Shown here one piece after another: positions 49,550 to 62,397 of a DNA stretch of 64,000 bases. This DNA is from Felis catus (lineage: Eukaryota), in contig NC_058368.1 of assembly GCF_018350175.1 (NCBI RefSeq), forward strand, positions 164,550,001 to 164,614,000, in the 5' to 3' direction. The position numbers and the translations under genes are program-made. The stretch's first letter is position 1. Every line of letters starts with the position of its first letter. Below the pieces are notes generated by a model, which did no database searches, was not told the DNA's origin, and saw only the letters and a list, made by a program, of their open reading frames with translations.

Positions 49550-49931
49550 TTTTTTTTTTTTAATTTTATTTTTAACTTAAAAAAAATTACATCCAAATTA
49601 GCATATAGTGCAACAATGATTTCAGGAGTAGATTCCTTAATGCCCCTTACCCATTTAGTCCATCCTACCTTCCACAACCCCTCCAGTAACCTTCAGTTTG
49701 TTCTCCATATTTATGAGTCTCTTCTGTTTTGTCTCCCTCCCTGTTTTTATATTATTTTTGTTTCCCTTCTCCTATGTTCATCTGTTTTGTTTCTTAAAGT
49801 CCTCATGAGTGAAATCATATGATATTTGTCTTTCTCTGCCTAATTTCACTTAGCATAATACCCTCCAGTTCCATCCACATAGTTGCAAATGGCAAGATTT
49901 CATTCTTTTTGATTGCTGAGTAATACTCCAT

Positions 49932-49988
<57 letters not shown>

Positions 49989-52900
49989 CACATCTTCTTT
50001 ATCCATTCATCCATCGATGGACATTTGGGCTCTTTCCATACTTTGGCTATTGTCGATAGTGCTGCTGTAAACATGGGGGTGCATGTGTTCCTTCAAAACA
50101 GCACACCTGTATCATGGGGATAAATGCTTCATAGTGCAATTGCTGGGTCGTAGGGTAGTTCTATTTTTATTTTTTTGAGGAACCTGCATACTGTTTCCAG
50201 AGTAGCCTCACCAGTTTGCATTGCCACCAACAATGCAAAAGAGATCCTCTTTCTCCGCATCCTCGCCAACATCTGTTGTTGCCTGAATTGTTAATGTTAG
50301 CCATTCTGACAGGTGTGAGGTGGTATCTCATGGTGGTTTTGATTTGTATTTCCCTGAAGATGAGTGATTTTGAGCATTTTTTCATGTGTTGGTTGGCCAT
50401 CTGGATGTCTTCCTTGGAGAAGTGTCTATTCATGTCTTTTGCCCATTTCTTCACTGGATTATTTGTTTTTTGGGTATTGAGTTTGATAAGTTCTTAATAG
50501 GTTTTGGATACTAACCCTTTATCTGATATGTCGTTTTCAAATATCTTCTCCCATTCTGTTGGGTGTTTTTAGTTTGCTGATTATTTCCTTCACTGTGCAG
50601 AAGCTTTTCATTTTGATGAGATCCCAGTAGTTCATTTTTGCTTTTGTTTCCCTTGCTTCCAGCAATGTGTTGAGTAAGAAGTTGCTGTGGCCAAGATCAA
50701 AGAGGTTTTTGCCTGCTTTCTCCTCGAGGATTCTGATTGCTTCCTGTCTTACATGTAGGTCTTTCATCCATTTTGAGTTTATTTTTGTGTATGGTGTAAG
50801 AAAGTGGTCCAGTTTTCCCAGCACCACTTGCTGAAGAGACTGTCTTTATTCCGTTGGATATTCTTTCCTGCTTTGTCAAAGATTAGTTGGCCATGTGTTT
50901 GTGGGTCCATTTCTGGGTTCTCTATTCTGTTCCATTGGTCTGAATGTCTGTTCTTGTGCCAGTCCCATACTGTCTTGATGATTACAGCTTTGTAATATAG
51001 CTTGAAGTCTGGGATTGTGACGCCTCCTGCTTTGGTTTTCTTTTTCAAGATTGCTTTGGCTATTCGGGCTATTTTCTGGTTCTATACAGATTTTAGGATT
51101 ATTTGTTCTAGCTCTGTGAAGAATGCTGATGTTATTTTGATAGGGGTTGCATTGAATATGTAGATTGCTTTGGGTAGTATCGACAATTTAACAATATTTG
51201 TTCTTGCTATTCAGGAGCATGGAATCTTTTTTCCATTTTTTTGTGTCTTCTTCAATTTCTTTCATAAGCTTTCTATAGTTTTCAGTGTATAGATTTTTCA
51301 CCTCTTTGTTAGATTCATTCCTAGGTATTTTATGGTTTTTGGTGAAACTGTAAATGGGATCGATTCCTTGATTTCTCTTTCTGTTGCTTCATTGTTGGTG
51401 TATAGGAATGCAACTGATTTCTGTGCATTGATTTTATATCCTGCAACTTTGCTGAATTCATTAATCAGTTCTGTCAGTTTTTGGGGGGAGTCTTTTGGGC
51501 TTTCCATATAGAGTATCATGTCATCTGTGAAGAGTGAAAGTTTGACCTTCTCCTGGCATATTTGGATGCCTTTTATTTCTTTGTGTTGTCTGATTGCAGA
51601 GGCTAACACTTCCAATGCTATGTTGAATAACAGTGGCAAGAATGGACATCCCTGTCTTGTTCCTGACCTTAGGGGGAAAGCTCTCAGTTTTTCCCCATTG
51701 AGGGTGATATTATCGTTGGGTCATTCATATATGGCTTTTGTGATCTCGAGGTATGATTCTTCAATCCCTACTTTCTTGAGGGTTTTGTCAAGAAAGTATG
51801 CTGTATTTTGTCAAATGCTTTCTCTGCATGTATTGAGAGGATCATATGGTTCTTGTCCTTTCTTTTATTGATGTGATGAATCATGTTAATTGTTTTGTGG
51901 GTATTCAGCCAGCCCTGCATCCCAGGTATAAATCCCACTTGGTTGTGGTGAATAATTTTTTTAATGTATTGTTGGAGCTGGTTGGCTAATATCTTGTTGA
52001 GGATTTTTGCATCCATGTTCATCAGGGAAATTGGTGTACAGTTCTCCTTTTTAGTGAGGTCTCTGTCTGGTCTTGGAATCAAGGTAATGCTGGCTTCATA
52101 GAAAGAGTTTGGAAGTTTTCCTTCAATTTCTATTTTTTGGAATAGCTTCAAGAGAATAGGTGTTAACTCTTCCTTAAATGTTTGGTAGAATTCCCCTGGA
52201 AAGCCATCTGGCCCTGGACTCTTGTTTTTTGGCAGATTGTTCTTGAAGAGCTGGGTTGGCCCAGTTGGGCAAGGCTCAGTGTAATGGCTCCATTCTCCAC
52301 TAGATGGTGTTGCTAGCCTACTGGGCTGGAGTGTTGTGGTGCTCATAGGTGTGTGTCTGCATGTGTGGGAGCGTGAACATGGCATCACCCAGTTACTCAG
52401 TCTAAGAGAACCAGTCTGGGAGAACTCTGATCCCCCAATCAGCAATTGTGCACCCATCCTCTGTCTCAGCTTTTGTCCCCTCCCTGCTTTTTCACTGTCC
52501 ATGACCAGGCCCCAGGCAGTACCTGTCTCCCAAGTTTTGTCTCAGATGCAGCTGTTTTCCCTGGCCCCTTACTTCTGAGAGACTGCAGCTTTGATCCGTT
52601 CCACCCTTCCTTGGGAGGGTCTCACTGAGCAGTGGCCAAATGAGAAATGGCCAAATGTTGGCTGCACCCAGGAACACTTGCTGGGCCCTGCTGCTGACGG
52701 TGCCCTGAGACTGCGGCCATGTGCCAGCCGGCCCCAGAAAAAGTTTGCAAGATAGTGTAGCAGCAGCGTTTTAAGGATTATGGAAGATTGCAACAAACAT
52801 CTGGCACAAGGCTTTACCCTTAACGACCTTGTTCCAGCACCAGTGAATATGGCCATTTTCTGGGGTCAGCTGGGCCCAGGTTGCCTCATAGCCTCTCCCA

Positions 52901-53424
52901 AATGTCCTTCCAGCAGTGGAACTGCTTTTCCCCATGTGGGCTGAGAACCTCCCAGACCCCACTCTGTTCCTGAGGATTCGCCCTTCCCACTAGAGCACTG
53001 CCAGGCATTGAGCTGAGGATTTGCAGACTTTTGCTCCCCTTGTTTAAAGTCTTAATGGAATTTAAACCCTCTCCTTTCTTCTTTCTCCCTTTTTAGTTTA
53101 GTCCCTGTGGCTGTTTGCAATTTTCTGCTTTCTCTCCAGCTGCTTTTGGGAAGGGGTGCTTTTCCCGTATTCTGCCCCCACCCCATCTCTGTCCTCTCAA
53201 CGCCTGCAAAAACCCCTCCCTTCCCACAGCTTCTTGTTCCCCAAGTTCACCTTTCCGTGCCACATACTTGCTGAATTCTGTGGTTCAGGTTGTGCAGATT
53301 GTTGTGTTAATCCTCCAATCAGTTTTCTAGGTGTGCAGGATGGTTTAGTGTTGGTCTGGCTGTATTTCATGGATGTGAGACACACAAAAAACTTTCATGC
53401 TGTTCTGCCATCTTGGATCCTCCC
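49550..53424 (-). mobile_element. Felid/carnivore L1 with intact 5' and 3' ends but a large internal deletion (no ORF1, no endonuclease)
   Basis: The minus-strand 5' end GGGAGGATCCAAGATGGC starts at 53424. 5'UTR-like sequence runs to ~52239, then ORF2 RT-region protein ([13 protein letters not shown]...) and the 3'UTR run to a poly(A) at ~49550. TSD TGGACAGTTCTTT at 49537-49549 and 53425-53437. Confidence 0.95.
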
Positions 53425-53576
53425 TGGACAGTTCTTTCAGGGAGAAAGCTGCTGTGAATATTGGCCTCATCTTCTAAGTTTATCCTCTCTCATAAATTAT
53501 GACCCAAATTTGATTATTGCCCAATGCCTTAAAATAATTTCTTTATATATTTGTTAGTTTTCAAAAAAAAATTATT

Positions 53577-53753
53577 TTTCCCCTTCTCTGTCTCCTCATC
53601 CTCTCCCTCCTCCTGCTCCCTTCTGCCTCCTCCTCCTTCTTCTTCCTCCTCTTTCTTTCCTCCTTCCTCCCTTCCCTTCCCTTCCCTTCCCTTCCCTTCC
53701 CTTCCCTTCCCTTCCCTTCCCTTCCCTTCCCTTCCCTCCCCTTCCTTCTTCCC
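53577..53753. repeat. Polypyrimidine tract including (CCCTT)13
   Basis: (CCCTT)13 at 53669-53733, preceded by (CCT/TCT)-rich sequence. Confidence 0.95.
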
Positions 53754-54730
53754 TGTTGTTTGTCCTGGTGATGGTGGTATATAATGAGAGAAATAAGCTT
53801 CTAGATCATGACTGTTGCTGTTTGGGTGAAAGTTCAGGACAGTTTTCTTCTTCATTTATATGGAATTAGCAAGATTAGCAGTTTTACCCAGGATGCAGAT
53901 CACGTTCAGACCTAAGTTTCTGTATGTGGAAGGTATCCGTTGGTTCAACCTCATCCCTGTTCAGCAGCATTAGGTTCGGCTGCTCTCAGAATCAGTCTTT
54001 GCCTTAACAGTTTAATCTTTCATCTCCCATAGGCATGACAAGAAACACTGCCAAAATTTTTCACTGGCTCTACACCTTCATGTTCTCTTATGAGTAGAAT
54101 GCTTCAGATACATTGTGTCAGCCTCTAATGATCCAAAACAATTCCTTTTTCACCCCATATTAGAATACTCCACTTTTTCATTGATTTATTGTTTTAGGGC
54201 CTTTCCTTTTTAGCTTTATATAATATGATATAAACATACTGCAAGTATGAATATATCAACGGTGTATTATAGAATAGATGATAGAATAAAATCAAACATT
54301 CTCTTTAGTTCCTGTATTTTACAACATTGCAGCATAGTCAGTTAATATGCCAAGATACTGGAATCAGTGTTAAGAGACCATTTCCACATTTCTGATAATA
54401 CAAAGATCTTGCTCTTCTGACACAAAGGCATGCATTCATTTGTTGATTTTTAATTTGCATACAAAATAATTAAGTGTGTACTATGAAAATTCCATGGTGA
54501 TCTAGGCACAAAACCTTTAATTTTTATGAACTGTCAATTAGAGCCTTGAGAATCTCTGAGAGGCATACATTCTATGAAAATTAGAATTTGAACATGAACT
54601 ACTTAGTGGAGAGTATGCTAAAAACAGATCAAATAAACATAGAGTGTTCTATTCCAGTTCACATTTTAGTGCTACATGGAACAGGTTTCTAAACTTATTT
54701 TAGGTTAACAAGCTATTACTGCAGCTGTTA

Positions 54731-54931
54731 ACTTTTTTCCCCTCAAAGTTTAATTTTGAGACAGAGAGAGTGTGCGGGAGGGCAGCGAGAGAAGGAAGGA
54801 GAAAGTCCCAACTAGGCTGCACACTGACAATGCTGAGCCCTATACAGGGCTTGATCCCACAAACGAGGAGATCATGATCTGAGCCAAAATCAAGGGTCAG
54901 ATGCTTAATGGACTGAGCCACCCAAGCACCG
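54731..54931 (-). mobile_element. CanSINE
   Basis: TSD TGCAGCTGTTA at 54720-54730 and 54932-54942. Confidence 0.93.
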
Positions 54932-55714
54932 TGCAGCTGTTACTTTTACATGACAGGATTTGTCTTCTGGTTCATTCAGTTATTGGTAACCATATGACAC
55001 AGTTTGAAAAAATATACTTCTTTTTCCTTTCTATGCCTGACCTTTTGGGGCTTTAATTAACGAGATTTTATTTTTGGCTTGATTTCTAATAAGGAAATGT
55101 ACACAATACATTAATATTTATTCTAAAATTGTACATTTTCCCAAAGAATAATGTAAATAGTAAAACTAGTAAAAATGTAAATAGTAAAAAAATAGTAAAA
55201 ATAGTAAAAAAAATATGGGAAATTACCATATTTGTCATACTTTAATGACATCACTTACCTGGTCCTCAAAGTCCTCCTACAAGAAATATGTACACTATTT
55301 TAAGCTACTTTTCAGTGTGTGGAAAAAATACATAGTCTAGTAAGAATCAGTAAAATAGTATAAAAGAGAAATCTTACCTCAGTTTATAAATTTTGGTGAC
55401 TATGACTAAATTCCCTGAGTGGTGGTTTATAAACAGAATACCAATTAGAAGTCTACAAATTTTGAGAAATAGAACTCCAAATCAGGTACACTTTTCTTTT
55501 TAGGAAGCAGGCTGACTATAGAAAGATATTGTTCCAAGCTTCATATGAAACTTAATATTTACAAATAAAGTGTAATACCTAATTTCCCTGGTGTGCAAAC
55601 TCCTTTAATGTTATTGTTATCCCTAATACTGGCATCCTGCTCAAAAAGTGTTGCTTTTGTTTTTTCTATAATCCATTTCTTCTTACATATTAATATATGT
55701 TAACAGTGGCATAA

Positions 55715-55860
55715 GGGGCTTTTTCAAAGTGTATGTCCCTTGGCTTCAAACTCAGAGGTTCCAAATACTGTGTGTAGGCTGGGGCTCAGATACATGCATT
55801 ACAATAATGGAAATCTGATCCAAGTAGTCTAAGGACATCATTCGGTAAATACTACTTTAA
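55715..55860. mobile_element. MER5-like hAT-Charlie relic
   Basis: GGGGCTTTTTCAAAGTGT...GGCTGGGGCTCAGA..ATGCATT...CTAAGGACATCA. Confidence 0.45.
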
Positions 55861-56349
55861 GTACTCTAGTAAGTACTATGTGGTGTTGGGGTTGTTGCTC
55901 AATAATTCTGAGACTCAATTTTCCATATTTTAGTAGATGGAATGATTAATCTAGCTCATATTTTAGGTAGAGTTTTAGATGTATGGTAATTATGGCAATA
56001 TTATCTATTTCTGTATTTGCCATTAGTCTGGAATGATAGGACTCAGGATGAAATAATGGCAAGCTTACTTGTGGATAATACTTTATACATCTCTGATGCT
56101 TCATACCTTGTTTCTTAATTGCTGCACATATACACACAAATGAAAACCAAAATAAAAAAAAAAAAGCATTGTACACATGAGAACCATTGGGCCTAAGAAA
56201 GAATAAATGACTTTTAAACTGAGAGTAGTACAAAAGGACTGAGATGGAATCTGAACTCAAGCTTACAGATTCTGGGTTCAGTTCTTTTACGATTATACTG
56301 CAGTGAATCCCTACTATTACAGCTGTTTAAATCATCAGAGAATGAATTG

Positions 56350-57400
56350 ACCTATCCATTCTGCTAATATTTATTTGGTGCTAACCATGAAAAAGGAAAT
56401 ATACAAGATACTAGATTCCAGCAGTTAAAGAAGCAAACAAAAATCCTTGCCCTTAAGCAGTTTCCATTCTACAGTGGAGAGAAAAGAATGCACAAAGGGT
56501 GTGAGCCATGTGTAAGCTGGAAGACCATGAAGTACAAATACGCCTGCAATATGTGAGAAAATCAAGGAAACCCATGTGATTGTGACTAATTTGAAAGGAG
56601 AAGAACAATAGGAGATAAGGTAAAAAGTCTTAGATAGTTTTGTAGACCATCAGTAGGACTTTGGCTTTTAACATGAGTAGGATAGAAAGTCATTAAAGTT
56701 TTTTGATGAGGGAAATATTATAATCCAACTTATGTTGTGCCACACTAATTTTGGTTGCTATTTTGAGATTATTGTGAAAGAATTAAGTGTGTAAGTAGAA
56801 AAAAAAAACTAGAAAGTTTTTGAAATAAAAGACATAAGTAATGTGAACCAGTTTGGTAGCTGTGGAAGTAGCAAGAAGGTACTAGATTCCCTATTATAGG
56901 AATAGAAACAATAGTATTTTCTAACAGATTGGATATTGGGTTTGAGAGAAAGAAATAAGAGATGACATTTTATCTACTTGACATTTTGTTGAGATGAGAA
57001 CATGTTTTCTTGGAGGAAGCCCACAATTTTGGTTTGGACTTTCTAAGTTTGATATGCCTAATAGGCATTCAGTTGTATATCCTAATTATGGAAATGAATT
57101 CAAGGACCTAGAGTTCAGGGAAAGATTCAGATTGAAGTAATAAATGTGGGAACACTCAGCCTATATATAAAATTACAGCCATGAGACTGGATGAGGTTAC
57201 CAAGAGAGTAGACACAAAGAAAAAAGAAGAGATCCCAGGACAGAAGTTGAGGATGTAAGGAGGAACCTAAAAGAAAGATTGAGGAATATCCAGCACTGTA
57301 GGAGTAAAGCCAGATAAATGTATTACTTTGATACCTAGTGAAAAAAAGTGCTTTGAAGACCGGAACATGATCAACTTTGTCAAAATGTCCAGAGAGATTG
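56350..57400 (-). mobile_element. L2 LINE relic
   Basis: AATATTTATTTGGTGCTAAC...AAAATCCTTGCCCTTAAG...GGACTTTGGCTTTTA...AAGTTTGATATGCCTA...GCCATGAGACTGGATGAG. Confidence 0.8.
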
Positions 57401-59382
57401 TAATCTTTCATGCTGTTTCTCTGGATTTTTCATAAGATAGGAAACATTTCAGTGTTAAGGGTTTTATAAAGGAGGCTTATGTTTAACATATAACTTTTGT
57501 TATCTAAGAGACAGTACATATTCTCAACTTTAGAGCCAATTTTCAGTTTGAAAACTTTGGTAGCCTAAAAACACTTTTCCTAAGCACTCTGATTTTACTT
57601 TCTCTTTATTTTGTGACCTCTGGAGACTTCTCTCTTTCTCTCTTTTTTTTGTTTTCCTTTTTTTAGCTGACCTGTATATTTTCCTTTCATATGTTTTCTA
57701 ATTTATTCTGCTTTTTTATGTTAACAGAGCATTGACTTATCAGAATCAGATTTATATGATATTTTTCTGGTATATTCTATGAAAAATTTATGTGTCTGAT
57801 TCCAAACTAAACACAATGTAGAATAAAACCATGGTATGGAACAAGCCTGTCTTAAAAATAAACATGCTCTGTTATATCAAGTTGAGGATCTTAGATAGTT
57901 CCCCTCTGGTTTGATAATCTCATTTATGAATTAGTTCAGTCAGTAATGTATGAGGACTCTTCAGCACAATGAGTTCACGACGTTAAATCTTAAAATTATT
58001 TTGCTAAGTTCTTGTGGTACTATAAGAGTGGTCTTTTTGTTTGTTTGTTTGTTTGTTTGTTTGTTTTTTGAAGGGGTTGTCTTATTTTTTTTGTCCTTGA
58101 AAAAAATGGAGTTAAATTGCCTTGATGTCATCTTTGCAAAAAAATTCAGGGGTTGGTTGAGTCTTGATAATATTAATCAATGTTGAATATATCAGAATGG
58201 GGAAAAAAAGACAAACGAGAACCCTTATCTGTTATTCTTAGCGCCTAGATAATGGCTGGTGTCTATTCTCATTTCTTAACCCTACTCGTGCTTTCTGGGA
58301 CACATAGTAGATTGATGTTCTACTTGGAGTCAGGTAACTCCATTTCTCTCTCCCTTGACTTAGAAGAATGCCAAAGGAGAGAGCCACCAAGACATTCAGT
58401 CTCATTTTCACTTAGCATGCAGCCATTACAAGATTTTAGATCACTAAAATCTATTGTAAAGAAACTATAAATATAAATTTGAATAATTTCCCCTTAAACA
58501 AGAGAGTTCAGCTGATTTTGGTGATACTTGCTTCCCAAAAGAGTCTAACCTCCCCTTATTAATAGTGAGTCTCCCCAAGTTAGCTGGTCTGAGCAGATTA
58601 CACTTTCTAGAAAAAGGGTGAAAGTTTGGAAAAGTCCAAGGCAAAAGTCATGTCCACTGTGGAATAAAACCAAGGCCAGATGTGGGCAGAATAGTGTGAA
58701 AATGAGTAAAAATCTAAGGACAAGGCCAGGCACTTAGAGAATGTTCATTCAGTGCATCATAGTTAGTCTTATTATTATTGAACCAAATGGTTTTACATGA
58801 CACCAGCCAATGCTTTAATATTCATAAGGGATTTTTTTTTTCATAGCAATCGATTTGGTACATAGAACAAAGGGTGGGTCTTCTTATCTTTACCAGGAGA
58901 AAACTTTATTGTTTCTTTCCATTTTACCACTTAGCCTTTACCACCCACCTAAGAACAGTACAAGATTGGGAGAACTGAATCAGTTTCAGGAAACTGAAAG
59001 TTTGTTGTCACAAAGTTGTTTTCATGGTTCCTCTTAAGAATGGAACTTACCCTAGTGTAACTAGCCAGGTTTAACATCAGGTAATAGGCACACTCATTTC
59101 AGAAAAAGAGTCTGGGAGGGAGGAAGGAGAGAAGGGAGGGTAAAAGAGAGGAAGGGAGGGAATCGAGTAGAGAAAGAGAGAGAAAGTATATGAGAATTTC
59201 TTTCCTGGCAACCAGAGTTGTCTTTCTTCTGACAGATAATGTTTTTAAGGGAGAAGAAAAATTTCCATAGCTTTTTTCCAGTGCAGATCACCTGAGGCTG
59301 CATTCTGATATTCACTGAAGCGATTATGGCCTTATTAGTAAGTCCTTGATGAATGGAATTTATTGATGGAATACCTGGAATT

Positions 59383-59587
59383 CTCTTTTTAATTTTTTTT
59401 TTTGTTTTTAGTTTTAGAGAGAGAGAGCATGAGCTGGGGAGAGGGACGGGGGGTGGGGAGAGAAATCTTGAGGGGACTCTAAGCTCAGCATGGAGCCTGA
59501 CATTGGGCTGCATCCCACCACCCTGGAATCATGACCTGAGCCAAAACTGAGTCGGACATTCAATCAACTGGGCCACCCAGGTGCCCC
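59383..59587 (-). mobile_element. CanSINE
   Basis: Perfect 17-bp TSD ATGGAATACCTGGAATT at 59366-59382 and 59588-59604. Confidence 0.94.
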
Positions 59588-59952
59588 ATGGAATACCTGG
59601 AATTTTTAATAAACATTCTAGGCAGGCTGAAATGTACCTCACAATATACGTAAATTTATAGGAAATGAAATTTTTTCAATTCTACTTTCTGGGAAGACCT
59701 CAAGGGTCCAAAGCTAAAATCTATTTTATTTATTCAAGATGGGGAACTATCTTAAATGCTGATCTTATTCTTTCTCCATGTTTAGTGGTTTCTTAGATCA
59801 GCACTGAGACCAAAAAACAAAACTAAACAACCAAAGAAAAAAAACCCTCAACTTTCTGCTTGTGGATCTTGTCTTCCTACTTTGCACTGCTTACTTTTTC
59901 CCCAGCCCTTCCTGCCCCCAGCTGTGGAACCTTGAGTGGAGGAACTCTTTAT

Positions 59953-60182
59953 TTATTTTTTTTTAAATTTTTTTTTCAACGTTTATTTATTTTTGGGGGG
60001 ACAGAGAGAGACAGAGCATGAACGGGCGAGGGGCAGAGAGAGAGGGAGACACAGAATCGGAAACAGGCTCCAGGCTCCGAGCCATCAGCCCAGAGCCTGA
60101 CGCGGGGCTCGAACTCACAGACCGCGAGATCGTGACCTGGCTGAAGTCGGACGCTTAACCGACTGCGCCACCCAGGCGCCCC
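59953..60182 (-). mobile_element. Very young feline CanSINE (SINEC_Fc-like)
   Basis: Perfect 18-bp TSD AGTGGAGGAACTCTTTAT at 59935-59952 and 60183-60200. CpGs are largely retained. Confidence 0.98.
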
Positions 60183-60589
60183 AGTGGAGGAACTCTTTAT
60201 ATTCTGACCTAGGTATCATAGGGCATGGATAAAGATCTATGTTCTCTTTCTTCTTACTGTAACATAGGCTCACCTGCATTTCAGTTGTTGTTTTTCTTAA
60301 TTTAGAATAGCTGTTATTCTTTATACCTTATTGATTCATTCTGCTTTGACTTATACATAATTATTAGAACCAGTTATTATTTCCTTATAAGGAAATACAT
60401 AAGTTGACAAAAATTCAATGTGTACTGATAGCTAATGTATGAAAATACAACTGTAATAGCCAGCTTTATGCTTTTTATAAAATATAACTATACAAATAGG
60501 AGAATATGATACTTAGTACTTAGTTATTTTACTTCTGTACATCCTTGAAAATTTTCCAAAGCAAAGCACTTATCAGTTCACCTTTTTAA

Positions 60590-60829
60590 AAATTTTTTTA
60601 AATGTTTATTCATTTTTGACAGAGAGAGAGACAGAGACAGAGAGAGAGAGAGGGAGAGAGGCAGAGGTGTGAGCAGGGGAGAGGAAGACACAGAGGGAGA
60701 CACAGAATCAGAAGCAGGCTCTAGGCTCTGAGCTGTCAGCATAGAGCCTCGTGGTGCTCAAACCCACAAACCAGGAGGTCATGACCTGACCTGAAATCAG
60801 ATGCTTGGCCAGCTGAGCCACCAGGTGCA
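60590..60829 (-). mobile_element. CanSINE
   Basis: T-tail, (GA)n tract, and GCAGGCTCTAGGCTCTGAGCTGTCAGCA core. Confidence 0.93.
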
Positions 60830-61172
60830 CTTTTAAAAGACAGCCTTGCATTTGATGGTTTTGATGTACGTTATTAAACAAAAAGGATTCCTTTAGTGTT
60901 AGACAGACGTGCTGTTTCCACGATTTTACAATAGTAAAATATTATTTGCACCCAGTAAAAGCATATATGTATGATAAATATTTGAAGAAGAATTAGTAGA
61001 TCAAAAATCAGATGCCTTTTGAATTTAATTAATTTCCTAGTTGCGCTTTGAAAGTCAGCGATTTATTTCCTCATCTGTGCTGTAGATGTACTTATTTCAT
61101 TTCCTTATTATGCATCGTAACTGTATAGTAGTTGTTAATCTTATAGGGAAAATTTTATTCTAACATGGTTCT

Positions 61173-61387
61173 TTTTTTTAAGTTTCTTTATTTTGAGAGA
61201 GAGAGAGAGAGAGCGAGCAAGCATGCGAGTGTGGGGCAGAGGGACACAGAGAGAGAGAATCCCAAGGAGGTTCTGTATTGTCAGCTCAGAGCCTGACATG
61301 GAGTTCAGACCCAAGAATCGTGAGATTATGACCTGAGCTGAAATCAAGAATTGGATACTTAACCAACTGAGCCAACCCATGTGCCCC
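61173..61387 (-). mobile_element. CanSINE
   Basis: TSD TATTCTAA(C/T)ATG(G/A)TTCT at 61156-61172 and 61388-61404. Confidence 0.94.
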
Positions 61388-62229
61388 TATTCTAATATGA
61401 TTCTAATTTCAATCTCCTAATTATGTTGAATACTATTTTATGAATATATGTTTTGTGTATGAATTCCTATTCTGCACTTTTATTCATTTATTTTGGTACT
61501 TGTTCTTTTTCTTTATAAATTCAAGCCATGTTTCTATGTTAAATGAGTAACTCTTTGTCTATCATAGTTGCTGCAAATATTTTATATTCTTGCTTTGATC
61601 AGATAACTTTTACAGTGAAGGGATAGTTGTGGCACAAAACTTCTATTTTAATGTAATCATACCAGAGTAAGCAGATAAAACTTAACTCCTTGTTCCTGCT
61701 TCCACTGAGGTGTCTTGTATTTAAAGATTGTATGTAAAATATATCTTATATTTTAGGGTTTTATATAAGATTTATATTTATATAAGATTTATATTTATTA
61801 TTTATATAATATTTTGTTTGAAAATAATATTTATCTTTGTAAAACATTTAAAAAACTCTCTACCCCTTTTATTAATATAGTCATACCTTAAACTGATAAT
61901 AAAATTTCTCTGCAGTATGATCACACACTATATTTAGTCTCTCATAAATAGAAATCTATACCACAAATTCAAGCCATATTCTGTATTCTATTTTCATGGT
62001 CATTATTTCTTGCTTTTACTTTATTGCTTACTGTTAAGAATGTCTTCAATAGTCTTATTTTTATAAAATCTTACCAGAGTTCAATTTATAAAGGCATTAA
62101 AAGAGAAAACAACATGGGACTTCAACAACTATTTGTTTTTGTTTGTTTGTTTGTTTTTTTTTTGAATTGTCTTAGACTGCTACTGTAGGCTTAGTGAGTT
62201 GATTCCAGTCAAGGAATTTGGTTTGTGTT

Positions 62230-62390
62230 AATACCATTACCTAAAGAAGCATGACTTTTGATAAAACTAAGTCACTTTTCTGAGACTGTTCATTTTTAAT
62301 TTTCAACTTCTTTATCTACAAAATAGATACTATATAGGAGTATCGCCAGGTTCCTGTGAGATTAAGTTAAATAATTTTAAAATAAATAAT
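62230..62390 (+). mobile_element. MIR fragment (host of the following L1)
   Basis: TTCTTTATCTACAAAATAGA...GGTTCCTGTGAGATTAAGTTAAATAAT, which seems to resume as GTTTGTAAAAGTACCTT after 63895. Confidence 0.55.
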
Positions 62391-62397
62391 GTTTTTA

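Noticed and set aside
53529..53855. 108-aa ORF with GKGRE repeats and an acidic run
   Set aside because: Translation of the (CCCTT)n/polypyrimidine tract.
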